A stretch of 34,899 bases of DNA from Candidatus Thorarchaeota archaeon. GTDB taxonomy: Archaea; Asgardarchaeota; Thorarchaeia; Thorarchaeales; Thorarchaeaceae. This document shows positions 1 to 9,000 of this stretch, piece after piece. Below the pieces are notes generated by a model. It did not search any database and had not been told where the DNA came from. It saw nothing but the letters and a program-made list of their open reading frames with translations. The stretch spans positions 1 to 34,899 of the forward strand of contig PRDI01000027.1 of the NCBI GenBank assembly GCA_003345595.1. The letters are read 5' to 3'. The first letter of the stretch is position 1, and each line of letters begins with the position of its first letter. The translations under genes were made by a program, and so were the position numbers.

Positions 1-102
1 CGTCACGAAACGAGAACGGGAGTCAAGGCAATGACCTATGCTGACATGAAAATCGAGCAGTCTGCCGCCAAGACAACCGTCTGGTTCACTCTTGACATCT
101 GA
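1..102 (+). CDS. Archease, C-terminal fragment (gene begins before the window)
   Basis: Frame 1 reads RHETRTGVKAMTYADMKIEQSAAKTTVWFTLDI*. This matches the archease KAxTY...DI C-terminal signature. Too short for the ORF track. Confidence 0.85.
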   Translation, partial: RHETRTGVKAMTYADMKIEQSAAKTTVWFTLDI

Positions 103-121
103 TCATTGGAGGTTCTAAGGC

Positions 122-979
122 TTGGGGCTTGCTGTGGCAATTCCTGACGCATCACTTGCGGATTGTTCAGACCTTCGTGACAAGACCATAAAGGTCGGGG
201 CCTTGGCACGTGCATTTGCGGTATTCCGTGTTGACACGGTCGTCGTATACGACACTGGTCTGCTCCGCCATGAGCGGAAATCGGACGCAAACGTACTTGT
301 CACATTACTCCGGTACATGGACACGCCACAGTACTTGCGCAGACGTGTGTTTCCGCAGAGTGCCTCACTCAGATACGCCGGTCTTTTGCCTCCGCTGCGG
401 ACCCGAAGCCATCCTCTGAACTCAGACACATCCAGTCTTGCAAAGGGCGAGTTGAGATGGGGCGTGCAAGATCGCACGGGAAAGGTCGACATCGGTACCA
501 AGACGCCTGTGGACTACCACAGCCCTGTGAGCGCCACAGTGCCAACCCTCTTTCGCATTACTGACACTACTCCCGAGGTCAAGCTCGAAGTAGTGTCACG
601 AAAGGATGCAGAGCTTTACTGGGGCTTTGAAACCAAGTCTGTCGGAAGCCTGCTGCACTACTTAGAGGTATCAGCCGGTTCCACTCGGATTGCCCTGTCC
701 CGGACTGCTCCACCTTTCAAGAGCCAAGAGAGTGCAATCGGGTCTGCAGTCGCAGCAACGAAGTCTGTCGTGGCCATGTTTGGTGGTCCCTACCATGGTC
801 TCCAGGAGATCTTCAGCAGCGACTTGGGCTCTCTTAGGAACTGTACTGAATTCTGGATAAACACAATCCCTGACCAAGGCACTGAGACTGTACGTCTGGA
901 AGAAGCAGTGTTCGCGAGTCTCGCTCTTCTGAACAACTCGATTGGGCCGCTCATTCAGAAACCAGGCTATCACACATGA
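122..979 (+). CDS. SPOUT-family RNA methyltransferase (DUF171 / MTH1 / C9orf114-like)
   Basis: Motifs ARAFAVFRVD, YMDTPQYLRR, LRYAGLLPPL and C-terminal knot NTIPDQGTETVRLEEA. Sits in its usual archaeal position upstream of rpl3. Confidence 0.9.
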   Translation: MGLAVAIPDASLADCSDLRDKTIKVGALARAFAVFRVDTVVVYDTGLLRHERKSDANVLVTLLRYMDTPQYLRRRVFPQSASLRYAGLLPPLRTRSHPLNSDTSSLAKGELRWGVQDRTGKVDIGTKTPVDYHSPVSATVPTLFRITDTTPEVKLEVVSRKDAELYWGFETKSVGSLLHYLEVSAGSTRIALSRTAPPFKSQESAIGSAVAATKSVVAMFGGPYHGLQEIFSSDLGSLRNCTEFWINTIPDQGTETVRLEEAVFASLALLNNSIGPLIQKPGYHT

Positions 980-1035
980 GCTGTGTCCCGTTCATCAGCC
1001 AGACCATGATGAAACTGGGACGTCATACGGTAAGG

Positions 1036-1042
1036 TTAAAAA
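1036..1042 (+). promoter_or_regulatory. Candidate TATA box of the rpl3 operon
   Basis: TTAAAAA preceded by purine-rich AAGG (BRE-like), about 85 nt upstream of the rpl3 ATG. Confidence 0.55.
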
Positions 1043-1124
1043 GTGAACCCCCGAACCGCCCCGCTGTAGTACGAATAGCCCAGTCTAGAGGCCGTTCGGC
1101 AAGGGACTAGAGTGGTGTTGTTAG

Positions 1125-2132
1125 ATGGCTCATAGAAAGAAGCATCAACCTAAGCGTGGCAGTCTTGCGTACTTGCCACGAGGTAGGGCCTCTAAGTTCG
1201 TCCCTCGGATCACGAACTGGCCTGAGTGGAAAGGCTCGGCTGCAAAACTACTTGGTTTCGCTGGCTACAAGGCCGGCATGACTCATGCAGTGGTCACGAA
1301 CATAAATGCAAATAGCCCCATGAAGGGACAGGAGATGGTCGTACCGGTCACGGTCATTGACACTCCACCGGTGCGCCCGTTCTCGATACGAGGCTATGCG
1401 GCCACCCCGACAGGCCTAAGACTTGTCACAGAGGTGCTCGCAGACAACCTCTCAGATGACCTCCGCAAAGATATGCCCCTGCCTAAGGAGTACGACCAAG
1501 CAGCTAAGATGAATGAGCTTGAGTCAAAGCTCGATTCACTTGCCGAGATTAGGATGTTGATCCACACTCAGCCAAGGCTTGCAGGAGTGCCCAAGAAGAG
1601 ACCCGATGTGATGGAGTACAAGATTGGCGCATCGAGCGTCAAGGACGCCTTCGCGTATGCCAAGGGCGTCTTGGGAGCAGACCTGCGTATCGCTGACATA
1701 TTCGGCGAAGGACTAGAGGTTGACACAATTGCTGTCTCAAAAGGACACGGTATCCAAGGTCCTGTACGTCGTTGGGGTGTCAGGATAATGCAGGATAAGG
1801 CTAGGAAGACGAAGCGAGGAATTGGGACTCTTGGACCTTGGAACCCTAGCAGCATTCGATATACAGTGCCCCGTGCCGGACAGACAGGGTTTCATTCGCG
1901 TACGAGCTTCAACAACGCTGTCATCAAGGTGGGTGAGCGTGGCGAGGAGATCACGCCCTCTGGTGGGTTTGTGAACTACGGTGTTATCCGCGGTGACTAC
2001 ATCATGTTGCGTGGTCACGTTCCGGGTACAGTCAAGAGGCCCGTCAGACTGAGGTTCGCAATTCGACCTAAGAGGAGCTACACTGTGGCACCAATCCGAC
2101 CGAGCTACATCAGCACCTCGTCAAAGCAGTAG
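1125..2132 (+). CDS. rpl3: 50S ribosomal protein uL3
   Basis: PKRGSLAYLPR, GFAGYKAGMTH, TVPRAGQTGFH, ITPSGGFVNYG, C-terminal YISTSSKQ. Confidence 0.98.
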   Translation: MAHRKKHQPKRGSLAYLPRGRASKFVPRITNWPEWKGSAAKLLGFAGYKAGMTHAVVTNINANSPMKGQEMVVPVTVIDTPPVRPFSIRGYAATPTGLRLVTEVLADNLSDDLRKDMPLPKEYDQAAKMNELESKLDSLAEIRMLIHTQPRLAGVPKKRPDVMEYKIGASSVKDAFAYAKGVLGADLRIADIFGEGLEVDTIAVSKGHGIQGPVRRWGVRIMQDKARKTKRGIGTLGPWNPSSIRYTVPRAGQTGFHSRTSFNNAVIKVGERGEEITPSGGFVNYGVIRGDYIMLRGHVPGTVKRPVRLRFAIRPKRSYTVAPIRPSYISTSSKQ

Positions 2133-2149
2133 TGGGTAGATGATATCCT

Positions 2150-2938
2150 ATGGCAAGTGTAAAGACATACTCTCTGAAGGGGAAGGCAGGTCCTGCCATT
2201 CAGCTGCCAGTGCATTTTGAAACCCCTTATCGCCCTGATGTAATCAAGAGAGCCGTACTGGCAGTGCAATCACAGGGGCGTCAACCGCATGGTACGGACG
2301 AGTTAGCTGGAAAGCGGAACACAGCTCAGAGCTGGCAGACTGGACGCGGCAAAGCACGTATACCGCGAGTGAAAGGTGCCGGCAGCAAAGCCTCGAGCCA
2401 AGGTGCGTTTGCTCCTGGCACTGTGGGTGGTCGCCAAGCACATCCGCCAGAATCTCGAAAGGTCATTATCGAGAGGATAAACGTGAAGGAACGAAGGCTT
2501 GCAATTCGTTCGGCAATCGCGGCGACCGCGAACAGTGAGCTAGTGAGAGCACGTGGCCATGACATAGACTCGGTGCCGGCATTGCCTCTGGTTGTGAACG
2601 ATGGCCTTGAGTCACTCAAGACAACAAAGGAGGTCCAGAACGTTGTGTCTGCTCTCGGTCTACAAGACGATCTGAAACGTGCGGTTGATGGTCGTTCTAT
2701 CAGGGCAGGCAAGGGGAAGATGCGCGGGCGGAAGATGAAGCACCCGAAGTCTTTCTTGATAGTTGTCGGCTCCGATCAAGGTATTTCGAAAGCTGCTCAC
2801 AATCTCACGGGTGTCGACACGGTCGAAGTACAAGGTTTGAATGCTGAGCTCCTTGCCCCCGGGACTCATCCCGGTCGTCTTGTTGTGTGGACGCAGGGAG
2901 CAATCTCTCGACTGGAGAAAGAGAATCTGTTCATGTGA
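2150..2938 (+). CDS. rpl4: 50S ribosomal protein uL4
   Basis: RPDVIKRAV, GRGKARIPR, IRAGKGKMRGR, LLAPGTHPGRL. Confidence 0.98.
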   Translation: MASVKTYSLKGKAGPAIQLPVHFETPYRPDVIKRAVLAVQSQGRQPHGTDELAGKRNTAQSWQTGRGKARIPRVKGAGSKASSQGAFAPGTVGGRQAHPPESRKVIIERINVKERRLAIRSAIAATANSELVRARGHDIDSVPALPLVVNDGLESLKTTKEVQNVVSALGLQDDLKRAVDGRSIRAGKGKMRGRKMKHPKSFLIVVGSDQGISKAAHNLTGVDTVEVQGLNAELLAPGTHPGRLVVWTQGAISRLEKENLFM

Positions 2939-2949
2939 GGTGTGGCACG

Positions 2950-3213
2950 ATGGTAGATCCAAATGAAATCATCATCCGACCGGTTGTGACAGAAGCTAGC
3001 CTTCAGGCAGTCGAGAGCCAGAACAAGCTGGTGTTCTATGTTGCTCGCTCGGCAAACAAGAACATGATAAAGTGGGCCATAGAGTCTCTCTATGATGTTG
3101 TCGTTGACAAGGTGAGCACTCAGATATTGCCTGATGGAAGAAAGAAGGCAACATTGCGTCTGGCGCCTGAATACAGTGCGGCCGATGTGGCGACGCAGCT
3201 GGGGATATTCTAA
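2950..3213 (+). CDS. rpl23: 50S ribosomal protein uL23
   Basis: IIRPVVTE...NKLVFYV...ANK...KKA...A.DVATQLGIF. Start moved to ATG 2950, which follows a GAGGTG RBS. Confidence 0.97.
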   Translation: MVDPNEIIIRPVVTEASLQAVESQNKLVFYVARSANKNMIKWAIESLYDVVVDKVSTQILPDGRKKATLRLAPEYSAADVATQLGIF

Positions 3214-3225
3214 GGAGGTGTTCGT

Positions 3226-3951
3226 GTGGGTAGACGAATACTAGCTCGAAGGAAAGGACGTGGTGCACAGCAGTTCACTTCACCTACGCATAAGAAGTTG
3301 GCACCCGCAATGCATCCGAAATGGGCCCCTGGGAAGACATACATGGGTGTCATATCCGCTCTCCGCCATGAGCCCGGCAGAGGTGCTCCTCTGGCAGTGG
3401 TGAGGTTTAAGGATGAGCCACAGTCCCACTACATTGTGGCTCCGGAAGGCGCTTATGTTGGTCAGGAGATTGAGTGTGGAGACGATGCAACTCTCGCTAA
3501 TGGCAACACCCTGATGCTTCAGCACATCCCGGAAGGGATGCCGATCTACAACATTGAGGGAAGCCCGGGTGACGGCGGCAAGTTCGTTCGAGCATCAGGA
3601 CTCTCTGCAACAGTGCTGTCTACTGACAAGACTCGCACCATAGTCAGATTGCCCAGTGGTCATCAGAGACCCTTCAGTCCCCGGTGCAGGGCTACGATAG
3701 GCATTGTCGCTGGAGGTGGACGCCCAGAAAAGCCGTTTCTCAAGGCTGGTGGAGTATTCCACAATATCAGTGGTAAGGCAATCAAGTGGCCAGTTGTACG
3801 TGGCTCCACAATGAACGCCTGTTCTCACCCCCACGGTGGTGGTTCTCACCAGTCTCCAAGCAAGCCCACAACTGTGAGCAGGAACGCACCTCCTGGACGC
3901 AAGGTAGGCCACATTGCTGCACGACGGACTGGTCTAAAGCGTAAGAAGTAG
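3226..3951 (+). CDS. rpl2: 50S ribosomal protein uL2
   Basis: MGRRILARRKGRG, HEPGRGAPLA, GDGGKFVRASG, HPHGGG, PPGRKVGHIAARRTG. GGAGGTG RBS before a GTG start. Confidence 0.98.
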   Translation: MGRRILARRKGRGAQQFTSPTHKKLAPAMHPKWAPGKTYMGVISALRHEPGRGAPLAVVRFKDEPQSHYIVAPEGAYVGQEIECGDDATLANGNTLMLQHIPEGMPIYNIEGSPGDGGKFVRASGLSATVLSTDKTRTIVRLPSGHQRPFSPRCRATIGIVAGGGRPEKPFLKAGGVFHNISGKAIKWPVVRGSTMNACSHPHGGGSHQSPSKPTTVSRNAPPGRKVGHIAARRTGLKRKK

Positions 3952-3961
3952 ATTCAGACCG

Positions 3962-4004
3962 GAGAGTGAAGAGGTCCGCCTCTTCATCTCGCCCCTTCTT
4001 TTCT
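3962..4004 (+). terminator. Hairpin plus pyrimidine tract after rpl2
   Basis: GAGA-G-TGAAGAGG [TCCG] CCTCTTCA-TCTC followed by GCCCCTTCTTTTCT. Confidence 0.65.
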
Positions 4005-4080
4005 AACAGAATGCAACTCAAACGCTGGTATTACACGAGTACATATCTTTCTGGAAGGACCTCTCTTCGGAGGACTGCCC

Positions 4081-4266
4081 ATGCGTCTCATTGCTGTGCA
4101 TTTGCCTGAGAAGCTGGTTGATGACATACAGCGCTTGGTCGACAATGGCCTCTACCCTAACCGTTCAGAAACCATACGAATAGCCATCCGCGACCTGCTC
4201 AAGAAAGAACTCTGGACGCAGGGCACTGCAAGAAACGAAGCGTCAGGGGTGGTAGCCGAGGGATGA
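4081..4266 (+). CDS. cdrS: Ribbon-helix-helix regulator, CdrS-like
   Basis: MRLIAVHLP...GLYPNRSETIRIAIRDLL is an RHH pattern. Its stop overlaps the ftsZ start (ATGA), as in archaeal cdrS-ftsZ2 operons. Confidence 0.8.
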   Translation: MRLIAVHLPEKLVDDIQRLVDNGLYPNRSETIRIAIRDLLKKELWTQGTARNEASGVVAEG

Positions 4267-5534
4267 GGTCCTTCGTTGACGACGCAAAGGAACACAGCCG
4301 TGGGGAGCGAGGCATGTCAGGCGGCCGTGACATGGGTCAAGCCAGAATTGTAGTCGTTGGCTGCGGAGGTGCAGGCAACAACACGGTCAAGCGGCTCATG
4401 ACGATCGGAGTCCAAGGCGCAGAGTGTGTTGCCATCAATACAGACAGGCAACATCTGGCAGTGACCACAGCTCATCGCAAGCTTCTGATAGGAGAAAGAA
4501 TCACACGTGGACTCGGCGCAGGCGGATACCCACACGTGGGTCAAGCCGCAGCAGAGGAGTCCATACCTCAGCTCACTGAGCTCCTCCGAGATGCAGACTT
4601 GGTCTTTATTGCCGCAGGCATGGGCGGCGGTACTGGGACCGGCAGTGCACCAGTGATAGCAGAGATTGCAAAGAAGAATGATGCAATAGTCGTTGGCGTC
4701 GTCACGATGCCATTTGACCTAGAGCGGACACGAATCGACAAAGCCAAGGCAGGACTGGCCCGGCTTCAGGAGAACGCAGACACGGTTGTAGTGATTGACA
4801 ATCAGAAGCTGATGGAGCTCGTACCTGATCTGCCACTGGAGGAGGCCTTCGGAGTAGCAGACGAGGTCTTGGCTGGGATGGTTAAGGGTATCACAGAAAC
4901 GATAACGATGCCCAGTCTGATCAATCTTGACTACGCAGACGTACGATCAATCATATGCAATGGCGGTGTCGCTCTCGTTGGTCTGGGCGAAGCGACTGGT
5001 CAGAAGAGAGCCGAGGCAGCCATACAGAACGCACTGAACAGTCCCTTGCTGGAGGTCGACTGGAACGGTGCCACAGGCGCGCTGATACACATCACAGGCG
5101 GACCTGATATGTCGTTGGCTGAGGCGAATAATGTCGGTGAGATGATATCGAAGAAGCTGAGCACCGACGCCAATGTCATTTGGGGTGCACGAGTCGATCC
5201 ACGCCTGAGCGGATTACTACGCGTGATGCTAATACTCACCGGTGTGAAGAGTCCTCAGCTTCTTCCCAGGTCCAAGGACGATGGTGCCACTTCTTCAAAC
5301 AGAAGGAAGCTGGCTGATCTGGGAGTGCTTGCGTCACAGGCAGGCTCTATCGACCCAAGAAGAATCAAAGAGGAGTTCAAGACTATCGGCAAGATCCCGT
5401 CCTACCCGCGTCAAGGTTCTTGGGAAGACAGACTGAAACCCATAGAAAGGCACCACCCCGACGTTCGGCTCGACCGGGATTTTCCAGACAGAAAGAAGAA
5501 CACTGAGGACTTAGGACTCAGGAAGCTTCTGTGA
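4263..5534 (+). CDS. ftsZ: Cell division protein FtsZ (FtsZ2-type)
   Basis: [20 protein letters not shown], tubulin signature GGGTGTG, T7 loop [13 protein letters not shown]. Coupling to cdrS supports the FtsZ2 subtype. Confidence 0.97.
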   Translation: MRSFVDDAKEHSRGERGMSGGRDMGQARIVVVGCGGAGNNTVKRLMTIGVQGAECVAINTDRQHLAVTTAHRKLLIGERITRGLGAGGYPHVGQAAAEESIPQLTELLRDADLVFIAAGMGGGTGTGSAPVIAEIAKKNDAIVVGVVTMPFDLERTRIDKAKAGLARLQENADTVVVIDNQKLMELVPDLPLEEAFGVADEVLAGMVKGITETITMPSLINLDYADVRSIICNGGVALVGLGEATGQKRAEAAIQNALNSPLLEVDWNGATGALIHITGGPDMSLAEANNVGEMISKKLSTDANVIWGARVDPRLSGLLRVMLILTGVKSPQLLPRSKDDGATSSNRRKLADLGVLASQAGSIDPRRIKEEFKTIGKIPSYPRQGSWEDRLKPIERHHPDVRLDRDFPDRKKNTEDLGLRKLL

Positions 5535-5648
5535 GGCCTCGACGTCATTCTATTTATGACCCTGGCGCAGATGTCAGATCACGAGCGCTCAGTCCTAGTG
5601 ACACCTAGACCTCACTAGATCAAGCAGCAGCCGACTTTGAACATGGTT

Positions 5649-6095
5649 CTACTCTGTCTTCTTCTCGATACCATGCTCGTCCATCCACTCTTTTGCGATT
5701 GCTGCGACTCGCTCATAGAGTGGACCGGAGCCATCTACTCCCTCAGGGGTGATGCGTATCTTGTTCATGACGACTATCACCTGTGTGTCGGCAAAATAGC
5801 GTACGCCGCCCGGCGGGAATGTCGTTTCCAGCTTCTTCGCAAGCCCTTCTAGGCTGATCTCCTTCTCAGCGACGGAGAAAGAAACAATGCTGCTACCGTA
5901 AATGAAGATCCTTGGGATTTTCTGCTCTTCACCATGGACGGCCACATCAGAGAGGACAATGCTCAGCGTGGCTTGGTCAATTCCCTTGAGAGTGCCTGTG
6001 TATGTCTTCCCTGTCGTAGTCGTAACGTTGACAGAGGCTCCAATCACCGAGGCCATCTCGCGGTTGAAAGCTCTCATTGCAGTGACATCTGACAT
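5649..6095 (-). CDS. Sm-like protein with C-terminal extension (SmAP3 / Lsm_C type)
   Basis: Sm1 GKTYTGTLKGID, Sm2 RIFIYGSSI, then an extra domain of about 70 aa (FPPGGVRY...KIRITPEGVDGSGPLYERV). Confidence 0.85.
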   Translation of the reverse strand: MSDVTAMRAFNREMASVIGASVNVTTTTGKTYTGTLKGIDQATLSIVLSDVAVHGEEQKIPRIFIYGSSIVSFSVAEKEISLEGLAKKLETTFPPGGVRYFADTQVIVVMNKIRITPEGVDGSGPLYERVAAIAKEWMDEHGIEKKTE

Positions 6096-6270
6096 CTTTC
6101 ATCACCCTTTACTTGGGTCATACAAGAATGAGGGCTCCCATTCTGTTGTCTTAAAAGTGATGCTCCTTGTACATGACAGGCGATTCTGATGCAGAATGCA
6201 TCGTAAGGGGCTCCTACGGGCCCAAGAATCATGGGTTGTTTCCTAACAACAGGTTATTAGCCGAACGCAC

Positions 6271-7143
6271 TTGGGAGCTTTCGACCAAGACGAGGTGCAC
6301 AAGTTGTCCACTTCTGAACGGCACTTCTCCCTTCCATACATCCGCGAATCAGTCCTGCCCACACCGTTCTGTCCGGGGTGTGGGAACGGTATTATCATGA
6401 ACATATTCCTGAAAGCAGTGAAAGATCTTGGACATGACGACCTCAGCAAGTTCGCGTTTGTCTCCGGTATAGGGTGTGCGTCATGGGCCATCTCCCCTCA
6501 CTTCCTTGCAGACACACTACACACAACGCACGGTCGAGCTCTCGCCTTTGCCACTGGTCTCAAGGCGGCGCGCCCCGAGTTGAAGATAGTGGTCATAAGT
6601 GGTGATGGCGATTTGGCCGCTATTGGGGGTAACCACCTCATTCATGCGGCGCGCCGCAACATCGACATGACGGTCATATGCAGTAACAACTATGTGTACG
6701 GCATGACAGGGGGTCAAGTTGGTCCAACGACATTCAGTGGCGACAGGACGACCACATCCCCGTACGGGAATCCCGAGCGTCCCTTTGACCTCGCACGACT
6801 AGTCGCCGCAGCGGGTGCCAACTATGTCGCCCGATGGACCACCGCACATCCGATTCAAGCCTCGCGCGCCATAAGGAAAGCCCTACAACGCAAAGGCTTC
6901 ACATTTGTCGAGATACTCAGCCAATGTCCGACTGCATACGGCCGCCGGGTCAAGATGCCCAACCCGGTCGACATGATTGAGTGGTTCAAGAAGCTCCCCG
7001 TTCGGAAATCGGACTCGCCTGTCGAGTACAAGGTCCCCACAAAAGAGGGACAGGACCTCGGTGAGTTCGCTGATCGGGAGGAGCCGGAATTCATTGACTC
7101 ACTCAAACAGATGGCGGCAGGCGCAGGAGGGGAAACACGATGA
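6271..7143 (+). CDS. korB: 2-oxoacid:ferredoxin oxidoreductase beta subunit (TPP-binding)
   Basis: FCPGCG, SGIGC, HTTHGR, GDGD...NN TPP motif, YGMTGGQ, SQCPT. Substrate specificity cannot be determined from sequence. Confidence 0.9.
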   Translation: MGAFDQDEVHKLSTSERHFSLPYIRESVLPTPFCPGCGNGIIMNIFLKAVKDLGHDDLSKFAFVSGIGCASWAISPHFLADTLHTTHGRALAFATGLKAARPELKIVVISGDGDLAAIGGNHLIHAARRNIDMTVICSNNYVYGMTGGQVGPTTFSGDRTTTSPYGNPERPFDLARLVAAAGANYVARWTTAHPIQASRAIRKALQRKGFTFVEILSQCPTAYGRRVKMPNPVDMIEWFKKLPVRKSDSPVEYKVPTKEGQDLGEFADREEPEFIDSLKQMAAGAGGETR

Positions 7144-7667
7144 GGGTTGAGATTCGCATTGCTGGCACTGGTGGAATGGGCGTGGTGCTCGCTGGTGTAA
7201 TAGTCGGCCATGCTGCTGTTGTACACGGTGGTCTCAATGCGGTGCAGACACAGAGCTACGGGTCTGAGGCTCGGGGCACTGACGCCAAGAGTGAGGTCAT
7301 CGTGAGCGACCAGCCAATACACTATCCAAAGGTGCAGAAAGCAGACTACAGTGTTCTCATGTCTCAGAAGGCTTTTGACGCGTATGCGAGCGGTGCCAAG
7401 GAGCACAGCACGATCATCATCGACTCTGACTTGGTGGATTGTGGCACAACTCAGACAGAGTACGACATCGTTGGTGTCCCGGCAATGAGGCTTGCTGACG
7501 ACCTCGGCCAGAGGATGGTGTCAAACATGGTCATGCTGGGAGCTCTAATCAAGAAGTCGAGAGTCTTCCCCTTGGAAATCTTGGAGAAAGCCGTGGGCGA
7601 GATGGTGCCTGCGAAGTCCTTTGATGTCAATCTGCAAGCTGTCCGTGCCGGTGCAGCTCACGTCTGA
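7140..7667 (+). CDS. korC: 2-oxoacid:ferredoxin oxidoreductase gamma subunit
   Basis: EIRIAGTGGMG, QSYGSEARG, NMVMLGA. ATGA overlap with the beta subunit. Confidence 0.9.
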   Translation: MRVEIRIAGTGGMGVVLAGVIVGHAAVVHGGLNAVQTQSYGSEARGTDAKSEVIVSDQPIHYPKVQKADYSVLMSQKAFDAYASGAKEHSTIIIDSDLVDCGTTQTEYDIVGVPAMRLADDLGQRMVSNMVMLGALIKKSRVFPLEILEKAVGEMVPAKSFDVNLQAVRAGAAHV

Positions 7668-7942
7668 CCCCCATGCACGAGTGGGAGAATCACTATACTG
7701 TTCCCATTCCTGAGCTTAGTCTCAAGACCACCAGTCAGCTCAACGTCCACTCCATCACACATCATCAGTGTGTTCTGGCAGACCTGTTCAGGGTTTGTCC
7801 ATACCGCTCCGATGTTTCTCTCTGTGACGATTAGGGTTTCCAACAGGCCGCGAAGGCTGGTTTCCCTGTCGACCTCTATCTCAATCTCAGCCTTGCCTAC
7901 TCTGGTCGTAATGGGTCCCCTGAATCGGACAGTGATTCTCAT
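7658..7942 (-). CDS. MoaD/ThiS/SAMP-like ubiquitin-fold protein ending GG-QT
   Basis: MRITVRFRGP...LETKLRNGNSIVILPLVHGGQT, 94 aa from ATG 7942. Beta-grasp pattern with a di-glycine near the C-terminus. Confidence 0.85.
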   Translation of the reverse strand: MRITVRFRGPITTRVGKAEIEIEVDRETSLRGLLETLIVTERNIGAVWTNPEQVCQNTLMMCDGVDVELTGGLETKLRNGNSIVILPLVHGGQT

Positions 7943-8043
7943 GACGTTCGATGTCCAAGGTCGCTCACAGTGATAAACCAATCCAAGCAGTCGCATTCAG
8001 CTTGCAGACCGACACCTGACCCTTTGAACGGCTGGCCTCGTTA

Positions 8044-9000
8044 TCACATGCCGAATGACTGCTTCAGGGCATCTGGATTCAGCCTGCCTGCGGTGAAGGT
8101 CCTCTCATTAGTGACATCATTGATGGTGAACTCAGCGGGGCTGAACAGGTTTGGGTCGACCTTGTACAAGTCGAACCCCACGGACTTGAACAGGTCATAG
8201 AAGGGCTGACCATACTGAGGTGAAGCTGATGACGGGCATCTTTCAGTCAGGATGCCTAGATCTTCAGACTCTTCGCATCTCACGAAGAAGTATGCACGAC
8301 CACCATGCAGGATGCAGTCATTGGTGACTCCTATTGCCCTCCTGTCGTCCTCTGCAACAGGTGCGATTGGTGCAGTTCCATAACCTGTTCTGACCTTCCC
8401 GGGGTCGAGTCCTAGCATATGCAGCTTGTGCATGCCGGCTTCCACGACTCTGGCAGATGTCTGTACAGAACCGGCTGCACTAGCGGTCGGCGACATCAAA
8501 CAATAGAGGTTCGACGGAGATATACGACACGAGTCCGCTATGGACTGTGTGACTGTTTCTGGGGGCGGGTTTCTGGTTTCAAGGCAAATGACCCCAAAGT
8601 CACAGTCATCCCTGTAGTCCAACTCTGAGTAGAGCTTGGTTTCGACCGTTGCCAGAGCTCGTGCCGGACCCGAACCCAAGGCGAAATAGCCCTCTGACTC
8701 TATGGGCCAACCCGCATACTGTGATCCCAATGTGGCAATCCCTGGTAGATCCGTCCCAACAATGACTGCAGGCAGAGTCAGGTCTCCAATGTGTACACTA
8801 GTCAGTCTAACTGCACCTAGCCCCCCCATGCAGGCCTCTCCAATCAGTCGACCCGCTTCGGCTCCGCCGGATACTGCTATACCGGCGTCAACGAGAGTAG
8901 CTCCATTGCGCTGCTGTGTCACTGTGCAGTTGAGTTCATCCTTCCTATCTATAATCTCAAGGACAATCTCTAAGGCCTGTTTGTTCACACTCACTTTCAC
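8044..9000 (-). CDS. mch: Methenyl-tetrahydromethanopterin cyclohydrolase
   Basis: SVN, LVDAG, CMGGL, LGSQYAGW, GSGPARAL, SARVVE, TND, YGQPF, DPNLFSPA. GGAGG RBS before a GTG start. Confidence 0.95.
   Translation of the reverse strand: MKVSVNKQALEIVLEIIDRKDELNCTVTQQRNGATLVDAGIAVSGGAEAGRLIGEACMGGLGAVRLTSVHIGDLTLPAVIVGTDLPGIATLGSQYAGWPIESEGYFALGSGPARALATVETKLYSELDYRDDCDFGVICLETRNPPPETVTQSIADSCRISPSNLYCLMSPTASAAGSVQTSARVVEAGMHKLHMLGLDPGKVRTGYGTAPIAPVAEDDRRAIGVTNDCILHGGRAYFFVRCEESEDLGILTERCPSSASPQYGQPFYDLFKSVGFDLYKVDPNLFSPAEFTINDVTNERTFTAGRLNPDALKQSFGM

Noticed and set aside
5535-5648. TATA-like TATTTAT and CTAGTGA/TCACTAG hairpin between ftsZ and SmAP3, as a possible small RNA
   Set aside because: No C/D or H/ACA boxes are evident. 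A 7-bp stem between convergent genes is adequately explained as a terminator or by chance.
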